From Raillietiella orientalis (Eukaryota), in the NCBI GenBank assembly GCA_036172245.1, contig JAYWIR010000021.1, positions 2,666,001 through 2,730,000 on the forward strand: a stretch of 64,000 nt of DNA. The letters are read 5' to 3'. Shown piece by piece: positions 1 to 14,269 of this stretch; position 1 is the stretch's first letter, and every line of letters begins with the position of its first letter. Both the position numbers and the translations under genes were made by a program. Below the pieces are notes generated by a model. It saw only the letters and a program-made list of their open reading frames with translations, searched no databases and was not told where the DNA came from.

Positions 1-2029
1 AAAGCGTCCCCAAAGGAGCCAACACACAGTTGACTAGGAGGTTTGGGAAGGATTCCCGCTCCCCGCACCTTGCCCAGTTTGGAACCACACCCATGTCCAA
101 TGATACCGGCGGGCGTTGCACGGGAGACCTCGGTGCAGCAGTATCAATGCCGACGGGACGTGATTGGAAGTTGATTCTCCGGGGTTCTTCCAGGAACCAA
201 GGAGGTTCGAAGTTCTCCGGTTGTGAAAATGGAGCCGTACCACGGAGCCGATTGTACCCCCTCAGGGGACTGCCTCTCCAGATGCGCATTGCTTCCCTCC
301 TTGTAGCTTCTTTCAGAGAAAATTTGAAAGCGTTCCTTCGGGGTTTCGGAAACAACCAGGTCGAGGGTTCCCTTCCAAGCGTGATAGGAACGGACTCCTT
401 CCTCCGGAGCCTTCCTGGATTCACGGGGTGGTTTCCTCCCGGTGTACACCCGTAACTTGAAGAGTTAAAACGCACCCCTCGGTGGCGTGGACGGCGCTGC
501 AAAAGCTTCGAGAGTCCCGCTTCCTCTCTCTCCTCCCTCAGGGAGCCGAACGGTTCTTGAGTACTTGGCGAACCAGAAAAGATTGCCCGCGATTTCGCTA
601 GCATTAGAGTCCGTCTTTTGTTTGGTCGCCGCCACCACCACTTCGGTCATGGTGATAACAAAAGATCTTAGGGGAAGGAGGCAGTTCATTTTTTAGGATG
701 ATGGCTGGGCACTGGAGCGCCCCTCCATTCCATGGTTACTTTCCTAATTGCTGTAAAAGAAAAAAAAAAAATTCCACGGGACGCCTGAAGTGGACGGAAT
801 CGAAGAAAGCGCTCATTCTTAATGATGAAGAGAAAATAGCGGAGTTTTCGGAGCACTTGCAGAAAATATTGGAGTTCTTTAGCTCTCTCTGCGCAGGGTA
901 GAAAACCCCCATGGAAACGAAATCGGTTCAGCGTGTTGGTTCTTTGAGTAAGAAATCCAACTCTTGCATTCCCTACCGGGAGTCACGCACTCGATGGCAG
1001 CCGTGAAGTGCAGAACACGCGGCCAAGCGATGACGATTTGCAGCTGTAGTCTCAAGGAAAGACTTCCAGAAAATGACAGATCGGTGAATATTTAACTCAA
1101 ATCTGGTTCGGAGTGGGCTCCGCTGTTGATTTCGACCATGACTGGAAACGGGTGCAGTGATAGATGGAAACGCACGCGGGTTCACCGGAGATCAAAGATG
1201 CTGCGGACTAGAGGAGCCGAATCTCCGTTCCGAATATAAGCACGAGGAGGCGGGCTGTGGCTCTCGAGCAAGAGCTGCAGCCAACCGGCTCCAATTTCGG
1301 ATAAGGGAAAGAATAGCATATCTCGCTTCTGCCGGGTAGCAGAGCAGCAACTCTTGCAGGGGGTTTATCTGCCAGGCAAAAGGAAAATAAAATGACATCA
1401 AGTCTTGCATTCTGTCACGAATTTATCGAGATGCACTGAGGGCTTTGGCTGTCTGCTTTGCATCTGATCCGAGAATTTCAAATAATAGTGCTCGTTTTCG
1501 TGTACTTCCCATGGAAGGATCAATTTTCCTTCGAAGAAGGAAATCTTCGAATAAGATTCAGGGAATTTCCAAGGCAAAAGGAAAAAAAAAAAAAAAAATT
1601 CCGCTGTCAGAATCCCTCTCGTCCATTTATTTTCATCAGCTTCGGCTTAGCAGGACGTTCAGGATACAAGAGGAACAAGGACTACTTCCGACCAACTCGC
1701 ATAATCAGGCAGAGCCACTTGCAGGGTTCCATCATTCTCTGCCCAAAGAAAACGTCTTCTGCGTATCTGACTTCCATTTTGTGCGCTGCTTTCCATTTCG
1801 TACATCGTCACCTCAGGTCATTAAACACTGTCATTTTACAGATTACAGTAAAATCCCTGATATTATCGGAGTAGGTAGGAAAAAAAAAAAAAAATTGCTT
1901 CGGGAAAAATTCTATAAATGTTTCCAAAGATCCAAGCAAAACTGCATGTCATCCTTGCCAAAATGCACGCACACAGAGATTCAATGGACCGTATGTGGTA
2001 GCTCTGGGTGCATTCACGCACGAATGCTC

Positions 2030-4050
2030 GTGGATGAATGGTACATTTCCCTCTCCAAGAAGATATTGCGCCTTCTTTGCACGGTTATCGCAATGGTTTG
2101 CTGCTGCATTCTGCATCCTGAAAGTTGTCCATCCTGAAAGCCGTGCTGCCAGGAGAAATCCTCGTTGAAAGGGGATCCAGGAACCAGATCGAGAAAACCA
2201 GCTATGCTCAACTACCCATCCAGTTGTCTCGAAAGTCCTCTGGACGACTGGAGCCGCCCGGGAGCTCATGGCGCTCGGTGGCCGACCGCCCAGTGGCTCA
2301 ATCCAGTGGGAAGCAGGGAATCTTTCGGGTAGCCTTCTGCGTAAGCGAAGGTAAAAGGACCACACGAAATTATGCCAGAAAACGAAAAAAGAATCCTCCT
2401 GAAAGGAGCGGAGCTCGCAGCCTCCGCAGGCAGCACAAAAGGACTCTTCGAAAGGTGAGTGCGTGTGTGCCTTCGCAATTACTTGAGGCATCTCTTCCCC
2501 TCCCCCGCCTTTCGAAAACACTCGACCAAAGGTGTACGGTACAAACCAAGACACTCTGACGGGCGGATGGATCGTTTGTCTCCAAAGATCGCATGCTAAT
2601 TTTTTTCTGGAAGATTTATTGCTTTTCTGTGTTTACCACGGAGATTTTGGTATGAGTAATCATCGACTAAGGCTCGAATCAATCTCCGGGAAGCAACGGA
2701 TCAAACAAGATTAGTTGTTTGGTTTCTCCATGGATGCTCCTTTCCAAAGGAGGGGAGAAGCAAATGAAATTGTCTTCTTGCAACAAACTCGAACTTTTGT
2801 ATATCGATGCTACAATTTGTGAAACTTGGATACGCGGCTGCACAAGATTTTCGCTGGAAGAAGCCAGCAGCATCCGTAACGACATGAAATCGCCTTTCAG
2901 CATCTTTCGTTGCGCGCGGAAAGTGAAACACAATAAAGCGCTCTTAGAGGAGCGACCCTTTGATCTCACAGGTGGCAGCAGAATTCTTCTTTCTCGAGAC
3001 GTGCCTTCCCAGAGCAACCGAATGGATTCGGGGAACTCATTCTTCATAACATGCAGATCCAGATGCTTCGTTTTTGAAGCTGCAAAGCTGATCTTGTCGT
3101 CGTACATGAGCATACAAGGGATGCGGTGAAGTAACGCCTTGCGGCGCCCCCCTGGAAACTGACGGAAACTGATAAACGCCAGTGAAAGTGCCCGTCGTGA
3201 GGAATCACACGTTGACGGTCACACGTCAAGAAGGCAATGCTAAATGGCGAAACCGAACTGCTGCGGCAAACGATGACCGCGGTGGACGAGTCAGCCTCGA
3301 TGGGAGACCGAAGTTAGCCGTAAGCTGCTTTTTTCGACGAAAAGCAATGCGAAACGAAGCCAGGAAAGGGGGAAACTTCGATGGCGAATCGATCGCGGGA
3401 ATTTTCAAGGTGCACATCAGAGGGCAGTCTTCCGCATGTCTGAGGAAGAAAATGAAGAAAGGCGCCATGTGCAAGAAGTTCCCAATCGGAAGAAAGCAAG
3501 GCTTCAGGAAGGTGTTCCGGCCGTGTTGAGGACGCAGCTGGGCGTAGGAGGAAGAAGGCTGCAAAGAGGACATGGAAGGATACCAGTCGCCGACAACGCC
3601 GTGGACTTCGAGGCACAAGGGCTCAACCCGCGTGGTCTCCGCAATCGCCTCGAAAGCGCAAATCGGCAAGTGTCCTTCCTTGTGCTAGGGAGTGTTTCTT
3701 CCGACAGCCGGGATGAGCTCTTGGAACTCTCTCGGTTTAACGACCTCGTTGCCCTTCCTTGCCGCGGCTGTCCCTCCGAACGCGTGTTGCGTGGCTGCTC
3801 GCAATGTTGAGCGGAAAGGGAGCGCTGCAGAAAGTTGCGTGTTGCACCAACGGATGAATGCTGGACAGAGGGAGGCGGGCAGAAGGAGAGCGGACCCACG
3901 AGTCACCTGCCACCGGGAAGGATTCCTGCATGGACGGCATTGGGGCCAGCTCATCCCCGCGATGCTGGAAGCGAATTCTCCGGAATTACACGGCTCGTTT
4001 CGAATTACACGGTCCCAAACAAAGGGTAATCCGACGACTGTCCTAGGAAG
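2030..4050 (-). mobile_element. Degraded L1-type LINE ORF2, 3' part (RT C-terminus, zf-RVT, RNase H ghosts)
   Basis: Collinear minus-strand motif remnants: NTFLKPCFLPIGNFLHMAPFF (~TLIKSVL..IP.Y.MS.F, ORF 3226-3669), NCSIDIQKFEFVARRQFHL (~C..C....E...HL), HNFVWSF (~N.DGSF), QNAAANHCDNRAKKA (~RE.N..AH.LAK.A, ORF 1949-2554). Many stops and frameshifts; boundaries approximate. Confidence 0.55.
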
Positions 4051-4649
4051 TCATCCTTCATCAACGTTTCGTGAATTTCTGTGGGAGCAGGAAGGAACGG
4101 AGGGGATGGATGATGACTTTCGGCTTGGTTCGTGAGGCGGAATATCGCTTGTAGATAACGCAGATCTTGTACATGCGTAATAGGTATAAGGCATTTACTA
4201 CTTTGCTCCTAACGGTGTGCGTCAAGGCGGCGGTAGCGATATGACTGCATCTCCCGCGGCATCTCCATAGCAGCGCTACACATACACGGCAGACGGCAAA
4301 ATTCATGTCGTATACATGTGTGTATTACATTCTTATGAAGCAGAGGCCTTCGAGTTGCGCGTGCTGTGTTAGCTAAGCATCTTTCATTCCTATTTTCCAC
4401 ATTTTTATCCTCGCCATTTATGGTCACATAGATCAAGTGCCGGCTCACACTGAGGCAATAGCGAAGTCAAATCAGCGACGCACACTCGCTCGTCTTCCGT
4501 TTGAGCCTCATTTGTCTCATGTACCTCTGCATCTCTGCGCAGTCCGCTCTTACGCGAGTCTTATTGACCAGCCAGTTCCAAGGATCTCTCGCCTAAGGGG
4601 TGGAGGCATTTCCGCTTCGCCAACGAAGATCTCATAATCAGAAATTTTG

Positions 4650-5340
4650 GAATCACAGTCGCCATTCTCACTATGGAAGGAATATTTTCACAGATTCCGT
4701 GCTTTCCGAAAGCGTGTCACGTTGTATTATTTTTACTAACCATCCCATTTTTTCGTAGAAGAAAAACATGGCTGTTCGACTCCTCTCTTCCAGAGATGGG
4801 AGCAGCTGTGGTTCGATACATGAGTTTCGGTGACCAATTTTTTTTTTGCATTGAGGAAACTGATGCCATGAGATTTTCCAGTAGGGGCTTTGGCAAACGG
4901 CACCTAAACGGGCAGTAGCCATGTGTCTTTAGAAACCACCACCATGGACCCAAAAGCTTCGTGACAGTTTTGCATGTCTCCTGCTGGTGCATTGAGGTTT
5001 TCACTCCAACCAGCGGACGAACCGCGTTTCCGGGGGGGTCCGTTGTCTCCCCGAACTGCAAAAGCTGCGGAGAAGCAGAAACGCTCCTGCTCCTGGACTG
5101 CAGTGTCCTCCAAGGACTGTGCGGAGGCTGGCCTCAGCTCTCCTGCACCAGGGGGACACCGCAAGGAGTTTGATGCGCTGCTTCTTCAAGCCAGGAGGCC
5201 TGTCCTTGGGTGCGGTCATCGCAACGGTCTGTTGCACCCGCGCCATCGACAAGTCCCACCGAGAGCTGGAGAAGCTGGCCATTCTTAGTCAGCCCACCGG
5301 ATTAGCCGACGAGAACATGACGTCGGCTGCCGAGTGAGCC
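4650..5340 (+). mobile_element. Degraded LINE 3' fragment with zinc-binding zf-RVT domain
   Basis: ORF 4961-5173 reads WCIEVFTPTSGRTAFPGGSVVSPNCKSCGEAETLLLLDC, matching the plant L1 zf-RVT pattern W......PT......G.....C..CG..ET..HL..DC. It is followed by AIDKSHRE (~IWK.RN). Confidence 0.65.
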
Positions 5341-5899
5341 CATCTTCCAGAGGACGTGAGGAGGGAGATCACCGGCATCCACCGCCGGTTTTGAAGGAAA
5401 GGAACGGCCGAAGCCAAAGACCCCTGTCCCAAATCCCCCTCATATCTTTATTTCTATTTTTTTATATGTGTATTTGTGGCCCCTCCCTCCCGTTCCGGAC
5501 CTTCGGTTTACCGACCTGCGTGTCGGGGATCCCACCCCTTCGTTTTTCTGCACCCTTTGTCCGAGAACTCTGTACCCTGATAGTTTAGCAATAAACGCCC
5601 CGGAGCACCCGGGTGGGAAACAGTTTTGCATGCCTCCAGAGCTCGTTTCACCGGATGCTGCGTTTTATCCGGTGACGTCATACGTTCGAGTGTCTAGCAC
5701 GAAACCTGGGATGTTTAAACCAAGTCCTCACGATAGGAACGCATCTATAAGATTACGTCCCATTGAAATGCTATTTCTGCTTCCCACCGTGAAGATGCAA
5801 GCGTTTTCCTTACCTCCTCATGATGCATTACGTGAGCTTCTTGATATCGGATTGGAAGCAACATATACGACTATGCTAAAATTCATATCCCACTGCATC

Positions 5900-8800
5900 C
5901 GCACGCGTTTACTCGTGTTCCACCACGGAGCTTGCGGGAGATGCAGCAAACGGTCGTCCCATGGCATCATTTGCCTGTTCGTGGAGCGGATGCTGCTGGA
6001 TTCTAAGTCTCTTGGATTCCTCCTCGTGTGACTCCCTTCCTAGAAGAGATCCTGGAAATCAAATTTCATTGTCAGCTGCGTGTGCAGCTGCACAGTAATC
6101 AGCTCTCCAGGATTCCTGACCAGCCATTCTCATTTCGTGAATGTCCTCCGCAACAGAAGTCATTCCAGCGAATGCTCGGATGTGCTGCTGCATCTATGCG
6201 CTGCCTATGAAAAACAGCCTTATTTGCATCATTTCACTGCTCAATGTCTGGAAGCTTCACTATGTTCTCCGAGACATGGAGAATCTTCCAAGCGCGCTGA
6301 TTTCAGGGCGGTAAGCATACTTTTTTTTCTTTTTTTGCCTGAGGTCCCCCCAAACGTCGAAGACTGAGACAGGACCGTGAACTACCATTTTGTAGTCTAG
6401 ACGAGTTTCTTATTTAAACTCCAGTGTGTGTAAACCTTTCCCTCGCATCACGACTTACGTTAGTCCCATCTATTGGACCTTTTCACCGAGCCATCTTCTT
6501 ACGCCTCGAAAGTGAAGGGTACAAGCAGATGGAAAAAGATGGTAAAAGGAAAATTCGTGGGGTTTCCATGCTCCTGGAAAAATCGGGCGCCCAGACTGGC
6601 CGACGCATGATCTTCTTGGTCCGCGCAGCTCAGCGTGCGTTCCCGAAATTCGCTGGCAGCATGTTGGTCATCAACACTGAGTGACCGTACGCACCCGATC
6701 ATCTTCACCCTCTTCTTAAGGAAATGACTGTGCTTGCGGACCACAAACACTCTTCAGCTGATCCCAGTAGTCGATCGGTCCGCGCAGCATGCAATCCGAG
6801 TGGGGCGCGCTACACGTTGCGGTCGAGCACGTACCACTAGGCACTCGACAGCGGTCGGATTGAAAGTTAGGGCTAGGGAGGACCCAGTTTCGTTCTCTCA
6901 TTCGTCACCGATTTGTACGACTGTTAGCTTTCTGGTTCCTCCTTTTTTCGCCTGGGGTTTCCCAGTGTTTAGAGAGCCCCTCGGTTACTTTATTACTAAC
7001 TGATTTGAAGATTTATCTGCAAATAAAGAAGCCGGGAAGCTGGACCCGATATGCGTTATGCTTTCTCTTATAGTTCCAGATTTCTGCATTCAGAGATGCA
7101 GTTACCAAAACACTGGGACCTGCGTCCTCAAAGTTTATCCTTCCTTTTTGACGCTTATTTTACCATTCTTTCTCTTTGAAGTTCCACTTCCTCAGATTCC
7201 GTGGTTGGTGGTTCGCCATCTGTTAGTGCCGCACATCTGAATCTCTTCTTTCCTCCATAGCTTGCTCCATTCACTGCAAAGATTTTTTGCGTTCAGAATT
7301 CGCCACCATCCGTGCAAGAGTGAAGCATTTTCTTGACAAATCATGCTGACCAGCAGATCTTTCCCGGTGTAGGTGGAGTTAATAGACCCAGTTAACCACA
7401 TGCTTCCAGCAGTAACTGAAACGATGACCGTCTGAAATCTTATAAAACTGTCCGCAGTGATCGATTCTCGAACAAAAGATGTCCAATCTTGGCAGGAGAG
7501 CAGATGCACACTCATTTTTGATGCTCTTGCAGGAAAAAGGCCTACGTGCCTATGATCTATTAGGGTAATGGGACGAATGTCGAACGAAAGAGTTTCCTCC
7601 CAGAGCGATCTGCCTTGTTTCTCGAAGATTTCGTATTCGCTCTCATTTATGAGCTCTTTTTCATCGTGATGCTGGTCCTGTTGCATTTCTGACCGAGTTC
7701 CCTAATCGGCAATAGCAATGCTGAAGTATGCACGAAAAGCGCAGTGCACTATTCCGTGGTGTCCGGTCCCCTCTGGGGAGGTTTCCCAAGAATCCCGCTG
7801 CGATCTTTGGATTCTTCATGAAACATAAACTTACTAAATCCATCATCAGCTGCATTCTTCGCTTTTTTCTCGAAAGCAAGGGTTATTCGTTATGCTGTCC
7901 TCCGACAGCCGTGAAAACGAAGTTTCTGACGAAATTGGCCTTCTTGAGTGGCTTTGTTCTTCCGTATTGGAAACGGAAAAATGATTTTGAAAAGCAAATC
8001 TCATCAGCGATCATTCATTTCCGCAGAGCAGCCGAAATTATCTCGAGCCCAGAGAATGGGAAGCGTAGAAATCAAGTTGAACACATTCTAGAGGGAAACA
8101 GCTGACTGCCTACGTTCCTTGTTGGACCATTTTCATAGCTCTCCTCCAGGAAAGAGAAGATAAAACGATAAAGCCATCTGCTGGTCACAACGGAGTGGGC
8201 ATCCAGAACAGAAAATCCATGTTGCTTTCTGCTTTTTCAATAGTAAGAGGCGATTGGTCATGGGCAAGAAAAAAAAACCAAAAAAACTGACTTCCTTTAT
8301 CTCTGACTGCAGACTGTCCACTCTATATATTTCCCTGATTCAGACAAACAGTTATAACAAAACGAGAAAGCGTACTCTTCTCTAGTCAACATCTCGCTCA
8401 CTTACATCATGCCTGAGACATTTCCTTATAAGTATGTCGAGCACTCATCCCACGCAATGATATCAAGTTTTGCAAACTCAGAAGAAGGAAATGCTCGTGG
8501 TACCAACTAGGAGTGGCCCCTGCCTTTACGGAGACCAATCTTCCTTTTTTTTCCTATCACCGTGCAAGACTTACATCCGAAGTGCCCTACTTTTCCCTTG
8601 ATATTCTGGGATGGGTCAGTCATCCGAAACTCCAAAACTGGTGTCAGTTCCGATTGTGAACGCAAACATTTCTTCATCTGTGACTTCCGCCTCCATTTCA
8701 CAGCAACCGTTTATCCGACCCTTGGTCTCAAACCATCTAAGTGGGAACTATTACCTTAATTCGAGATTTCAACTCAACTTTTGAAAATTATCCTCTGATC

Positions 8801-9200
8801 CGTCGAGTACCATCCATTTGTCCAGCTCTATGAGCCAATCCTTATAGCAAAAGATAATCGGTTAAAAACGAAAGTGGGGCTCCGCCAGCCTACTTCTGAA
8901 GTTCTCTGATGCAACAGTAAATTTTCTACAAACTTTTCTCTGCCATTTTGCATGTCAATGGACGCTTTCCATGGGCTATCAGTTTCCATGCACTTCTCGG
9001 ATGTAGTTCCGTTCTTCTGTCTCCCCGTCAGGTTAGGGGCATTGAAGCGTCCCATCTGGAATCAAACCATTTGCTTCTTTCATGTGGTTCGCACAAAGAA
9101 ACTCTGCACTTTGTTCCCAGAGGGAACCCTGCTCCTCAGGTAGAAGAATAAGTGGCCATCTGCTTCGAGAGGGTTCCTTGACCACTAGCACGGAACGCCG
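5900..9200 (-). mobile_element. Degraded L1-type LINE ORF2 (endonuclease + reverse transcriptase)
   Basis: Ordered remnants on minus: SLWEQ...GRFNA (~LW..L...GDFN, ~9130-9040), MKNPKIAAGFLG (~M...KAPGPDG), DIRPITLID (~DYRPISL) and SFVRESITADS (~AFV.GR.I.DN) in ORF 7192-7686, PRGSLNTGKP (~RGLRQGDP, ~6970), SLSVDD (~HL.FADD, ~6670). Confidence 0.7.
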
Positions 9201-9899
9201 GAGTTCGCATCCATTCCGGACTCTCCCATTTATGTGCTTTTTGGAGCGCAACTTCCACGGTAATTCCAAGAAGGATGCATTTTTTTTTGGCAACCGCCTG
9301 CTCCTGATAGATCATTCTGGATCACTCCATCCGTACAGTTCTCTGGGAGGTAAAGTGAGAATCCTGGAGTGGCGGTCCAGATCGATCTGCTTCCATTACT
9401 CTCGACTGTTCCGATGCGAAAGACGTGGTGAGATAAGAGCGTGGTCATCAACCTGTTCCTGGAAAGCTCAAGCTCCTCGGAATGATGTCTTTGGCCTTTG
9501 GGATTATTTTGGTTTTCGTCCAGCACGTGTCAAGGGCGAAGTCCGTCCAGCAATTACGCTTTAAGTAACTTAATTGGGCACACGCATTATCATCTTATTA
9601 TCAGCTTTATTATCGCTGTTTTCCATGTTTCATGCTCGTGATTTTGCAAGAAGCGAATTTCCAAGTACTCGGGGAAGGAAATGGCGAATTCCAAGGCGTC
9701 CCCTTCTTCAGTGCTCACGTTTCCCTCCCTCCTGTTTCTCACTTCCATGGGTCTTTTATTGAATATTGTCTCATTTTAATCAATCGGCGCGTCGTCGTCC
9801 ATTCCACCGAGGGATCACGAATCCACGTGCACTTCCTGTGAAGCTCGGCTCATCGATGAATCAGCGTTCAAACCGCGAGGCTCTTCGTCATTTGCAGGG

Positions 9900-10650
9900 A
9901 TCACCGCGGTGCGCTTCGAACGCACCATCTCGTAAGCCGTGTTTGGAGTTTCCACGGACGGAAAATTCTCCACGAATTTCCGTTTGTGGAAATCCCTAAC
10001 AGAGTGGGCATCGGAAAATTCTCGAGCCGATTCTTCCTCGATCAGATGCTGCCCACGCAGCATCAGCAGCCGAAAAGAGACGGTTCGGTGCCCAGCACGC
10101 AGCCGTGTCTCATCATCGGATGTCCACTTTGAAAGACGAAGCTCATTTAGTGAAGTGATGGCAGGCATAAGGCGATAGCAACCTAAATGAATCCTCATCC
10201 TTCTTCCTCGAGGCTGGCGGTTAAATACAATTACCGAAACAGTCGATTGCTTATCTAGCGTACACACCTTGCCACGGGGTTGCTTGGAGTTTATCTCTTG
10301 CCACTTCCTGCCTCCTCCAGAAACGTGTGGTCTTCGGTCGATTCGTGCTTGCCTTCGCCTGCCCGCGCGTCCAACTCTGTGCATCGGCGTCGGAGGAACG
10401 GATCCGTCAGGAGAGAAACTTTTCCCACTTCGAAATCCTCAAACCACGGATTTCCTGATGCGTGTTTTCCCATGCACGCTTCTCGAAGAATCATGTTCCG
10501 TGTGAGCGTTCCTCGGAGCCACATTCTGTCGGGGAGTTCCGCCGCACGTGACGCTTTCGACCACACTCTTGCCACATACTTTCCACGAATCGTGACGGAC
10601 TCTGAAGCGGAGATGGAGTATGCGTCGTTGGCATTTACAGGGATGCCTCC
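9900..10650 (+). mobile_element. Degraded LINE 3' fragment (zf-RVT and RNase H ghosts)
   Basis: FRLWKS and CCPRSISSRKETVRC (ORF 9939-10178); FLPPPE...IGVGGTDPSG (~W.PPP...G.G..RD..G, ORF 10269-10505); RIVTDSE (~V.VE.DS). Confidence 0.55.
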
Positions 10651-11006
10651 ATCGAGTTGCGGCTAAAGTGTGGTGGTGGTGGTGGTGGGAACTGGACCCT
10701 CACTGCTGCTGCTTCTGAGCAGGCAGCGGACACTGGGTGTGGAAGGAAAAAATCCTCATGTGCCACCTCCTAGGAAGGTGAACCCTGCGGAGTGGAGCAC
10801 TCTGAAACCAGCGGGCGGAAGCAGCGCTATTTCTAGTCAAGCGCATGTCTGACCCGGTGGCAAAGTTGGGCGGCTGCCGAGAAGCACTGACTTCTGTAAC
10901 CCATCCTTCCGATCTCACTCATGATGAGAGGGAGTGTCGAGCAGCCTTCAATACTTTGACAAGCAGGAAATGAGGCCAGGATAAGAACAAATGCTCCTCC
11001 TTACAG

Positions 11007-11250
11007 ATGTACGGACCACGGGATCTTGCAAACATCATATCCTTGGAAAAACGTGTCAAAATTTCCTTGCGGACTCCCGCCGTGCTGACGATGATAGGGA
11101 GACAGACAAAGCCCCTCTATAGGGAACGCGACCGAAGGGGGAAGGGTGCTGCTGCGTTGCGGTGGACTCCAACCAAAATGGAGGTGCTCTTTTCTATGAC
11201 GTCTAATGAGCTGTCGAAGATGAAGTTGCCAAAGGCAAGCCTCTGAAAGG
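11007..11250 (+). mobile_element. Possible LINE endonuclease fragment
   Basis: MYGPRDL...TPAVLTMIG...ERDRRGKG loosely resembles VYGP...PW...GD...EK.GG. Weak match. Confidence 0.3.
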
Positions 11251-11749
11251 ACTTGAAGATTCTTGCCTTTAAAAGCAAGGATGACGTCAAGGGTAGGAAG
11301 AAAGTGTCGCAGGCATGGAATTCCGCGAGATGAGAGCAAAAATTCAGATCAAAAGTATGGAAAAGTAGGCAGACTAGCCCCGAGGAGAAGCAAGGATCGT
11401 GAGGACGAATCCACCCGTGACTTGCCTGGTAGCTGCGCATAAGCGAAATGGCAAAGTGTTCCCGATCTTCTGCGTGTGTAGGGCTGGGCGATATAAATAG
11501 TCGCAACGCCAGCCGGAACAAACGCGTAGGGAGGCGACCACGGTAAGCCACGCCTTTCCCGGAGAACACGTGTTTCGTACTTTGTGCGCGGTCTCAGATG
11601 CCTCGGCGCATTGGGAAAACAAAAGCATCCGACTTGTTTCCCACCGGTTGGAAAAAGTCGAGGATGAAGGCCAGTTCCAGGTCAGAACCATCGGCGCTCA
11701 GAATAGTCATCTTTTCGGAAGCAGAAGAAATTCATGCACCTTTAAATAA

Positions 11750-14100
11750 CCTTCCCGTGCTTGAGAATATCATGATCTGGATGAGTACCCTTGAAAAGTG
11801 ATTTCTGAGAGGCGTCACTGATACCCATTCTGCCCCTAACTTGACTATCTTGGGGACGAATCAAAGCATGTGATTTGCGGCTCTTCCCATTCGTCCCCAA
11901 TCGAAACATCCATCGTTCCCACGTCTGCGGCACAATCTGAACATTTGCATTTCTAGATACGAGGGAAATTTTTGTATTGACCAATAAATGATGACGTATT
12001 CAAAAAAATCTGAACGGATCATCTCTTACGCAAAAGATTGTTTGGTGCAGTTATCGCAAATCTTGACACCAGATCGTTCCAGCACAAGATTTATGCGGAT
12101 TGATAAAATCTCAGCTATCCATTTCCCAACTTATTTCTTTTTTATGTATTCGGAGCGCTAGTTAGTTCGAGGGATTGAAAAATTGGACCGTTCCAGAAAC
12201 TTAGCATTCATCTTCGACTGCATTCTGCAGAGGGACGTTCTCCGGGAAGGGAAGCGACGTCCTTCCATCGGAAACATTCCTTCAGCCGTCGCCTCCTCTC
12301 CAGGAAGCTCGGCTCACTGCTGACTCTGTGAGAAAATCACAGCCTCATTCCGAGCGGGACAAAGTGAAACACTTCGGAGCTGAAGAGAGAAGGCCAGGAG
12401 ACCTCAGGGAGGATGTTTTCCAAGGAGATCTCTGTTTCCATTAAGTTTACGCACACTGAAACATGGGCAACGCGTGTGCATGCATTCAGCGCGCCAATGA
12501 ATGGCAAATAAAAGTGCGGCTAGTGAGCTGCTTCCCCCCTCCAGGCGATATTCTCTCTTCAAATATCCATCCACTGGGTTCCCTCTATCCATATGGCGTC
12601 CCTGATGCTCAAAACACGTAGATTTCTTAACACTTTTCCAAAACAAAGCGGTTTAAAAGGAAATAGAGATGAAGCCTGTTGTAAAATGGTGGACAGATGT
12701 AAAGTACAGACTTTCATCTGTACTTCTGCACAGATGCACTGCACCAAAAGAGCCTCATTTACTAACAAGGAATTGATACGTAACTGCGTATCGTAGTTAT
12801 TTGAATCTTATTGGAAACATATGTTTGGAATAATTTTACCACGGAAATTGAATAATCATTTACACCTTGAAAGGAGCACCAATTTTAGTCTTTCATGCAT
12901 TTCATAGTTTTAGTAGCAAAACACAGATCTCTATCAGCATCTTATGAAGTGCGAGTTCTTGCGTTCTATTCGAGACGTGCAGCAAAGAAATGCAGGATGG
13001 ACCCGTCTAACCCATCTCAACATCCTAGGCTGCCTACAAGAACTGGACGCGCCTCGTGAAGCTTCGGGAAGAGCTTGGACGAAAGACCAGGCAGGTGATG
13101 CCACCCCACAGCTAGTGACTTCAAGGCGGGCTGCCACCAAATGTGTAAGACAATCTCCCTATATTTTATCAAGGAGAACCAGTGAGAAGAGCAGGGCTGC
13201 ACCCTTGGGTTTCTAATAACAGTTTTGAAAGGATGTGAAGCAGCAGCAATCCCATTCTATCGCATGCCTTTGGTTTGAGAATGGTGGAGAATTCGAAAGC
13301 AGGCAGCTGGTCTTCAACACTGCCTAAAGGCAAAAATCCTGGGAGCGCTCTTCGAGGAAACTAGCAGCGTGCAAACCCCTTGGTGAGGGTCACCATCTCC
13401 TTTTTCCTCAAGAGCTCCTCATCAGAAGATGCATATGATGGAACGGTTAAGTAGTCGGGGAAACTGGCATATCGAAAGGGAAGCTGCAATCTGTGGATGT
13501 GAACACGTCCCTTCAAATACACACGGATGCATCTTGCAAAAGGTGTAAGTAGCAGCGAATGAAGAGGATGACATCCAGAAGGAGAATTGTAAGCGCTCAT
13601 TTATAATTCGTATTGATAAATACAGTTTACACTACAAGCTGGTGGACTGGAGCAAGGGGCGAGGTGGTCTTAGTGGCAGATCTGTCCAGCAGTGTTCCAG
13701 ACGTCGGTCCGTTCAACGTTCAAAAAAAAGACAAACAAAAAAAAGCAAAAGGTGGGGAGTGCTGAATAAACCGAACGAGGTCTCGAAAAAATTCCCCGGA
13801 AGAAGCAAAAACGCGTCTTCGACTCCTCGTTCCATAAAATCCACAAAACCCTCCCGTACTGGGCGGATTCTAGGAAACAAAAAAGGCTCGAAGAGAGCTC
13901 GAACGACTGAAGGAGGATCCAAATGCTGTGGGAGGGTACATCATCAGTGTGTTCGCCATGTGGATGTGAATTTCTACTTGTGAACTAATTCCATGAACAA
14001 ACTGAAAAGATCTAGAAGAGTCATTCCTTTCCAAGACTGTATATGCTGCTTGTCCACATCTACGCGTTTCTGAATGCATTTTCTTGCTCTGCGAGGAGAG
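11750..14100 (-). mobile_element. Degraded L1-type LINE, ORF1 plus endonuclease region
   Basis: PFARCIRVYL...LPFRYASFPDY (~FARVCVE.DL...YE.LP.YC of ORF1, ORF 13361-13600); LRVLSIRDAIWIEG and EYRLEGG (endonuclease, 12404-12768); RWMFRLGTNGKSRKSHA (~W...GD.NTKFFHA, ~11900). Confidence 0.6.
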
Positions 14101-14269
14101 CATGCAATCTTCATCCTTCCCTGTCATGCCCTTCTGAGCTGCCAGCCGTTGACTCAGACAGAACGCACGAGTACGTCCTAAAGGTCAAGTGAAGTGAGCA
14201 GGAGTACGTTGGGAACGGGAAAGAAAAAAAAAAAGCAAAGGAACGCAGCGGATGTTCTGCAAGTTGTTT

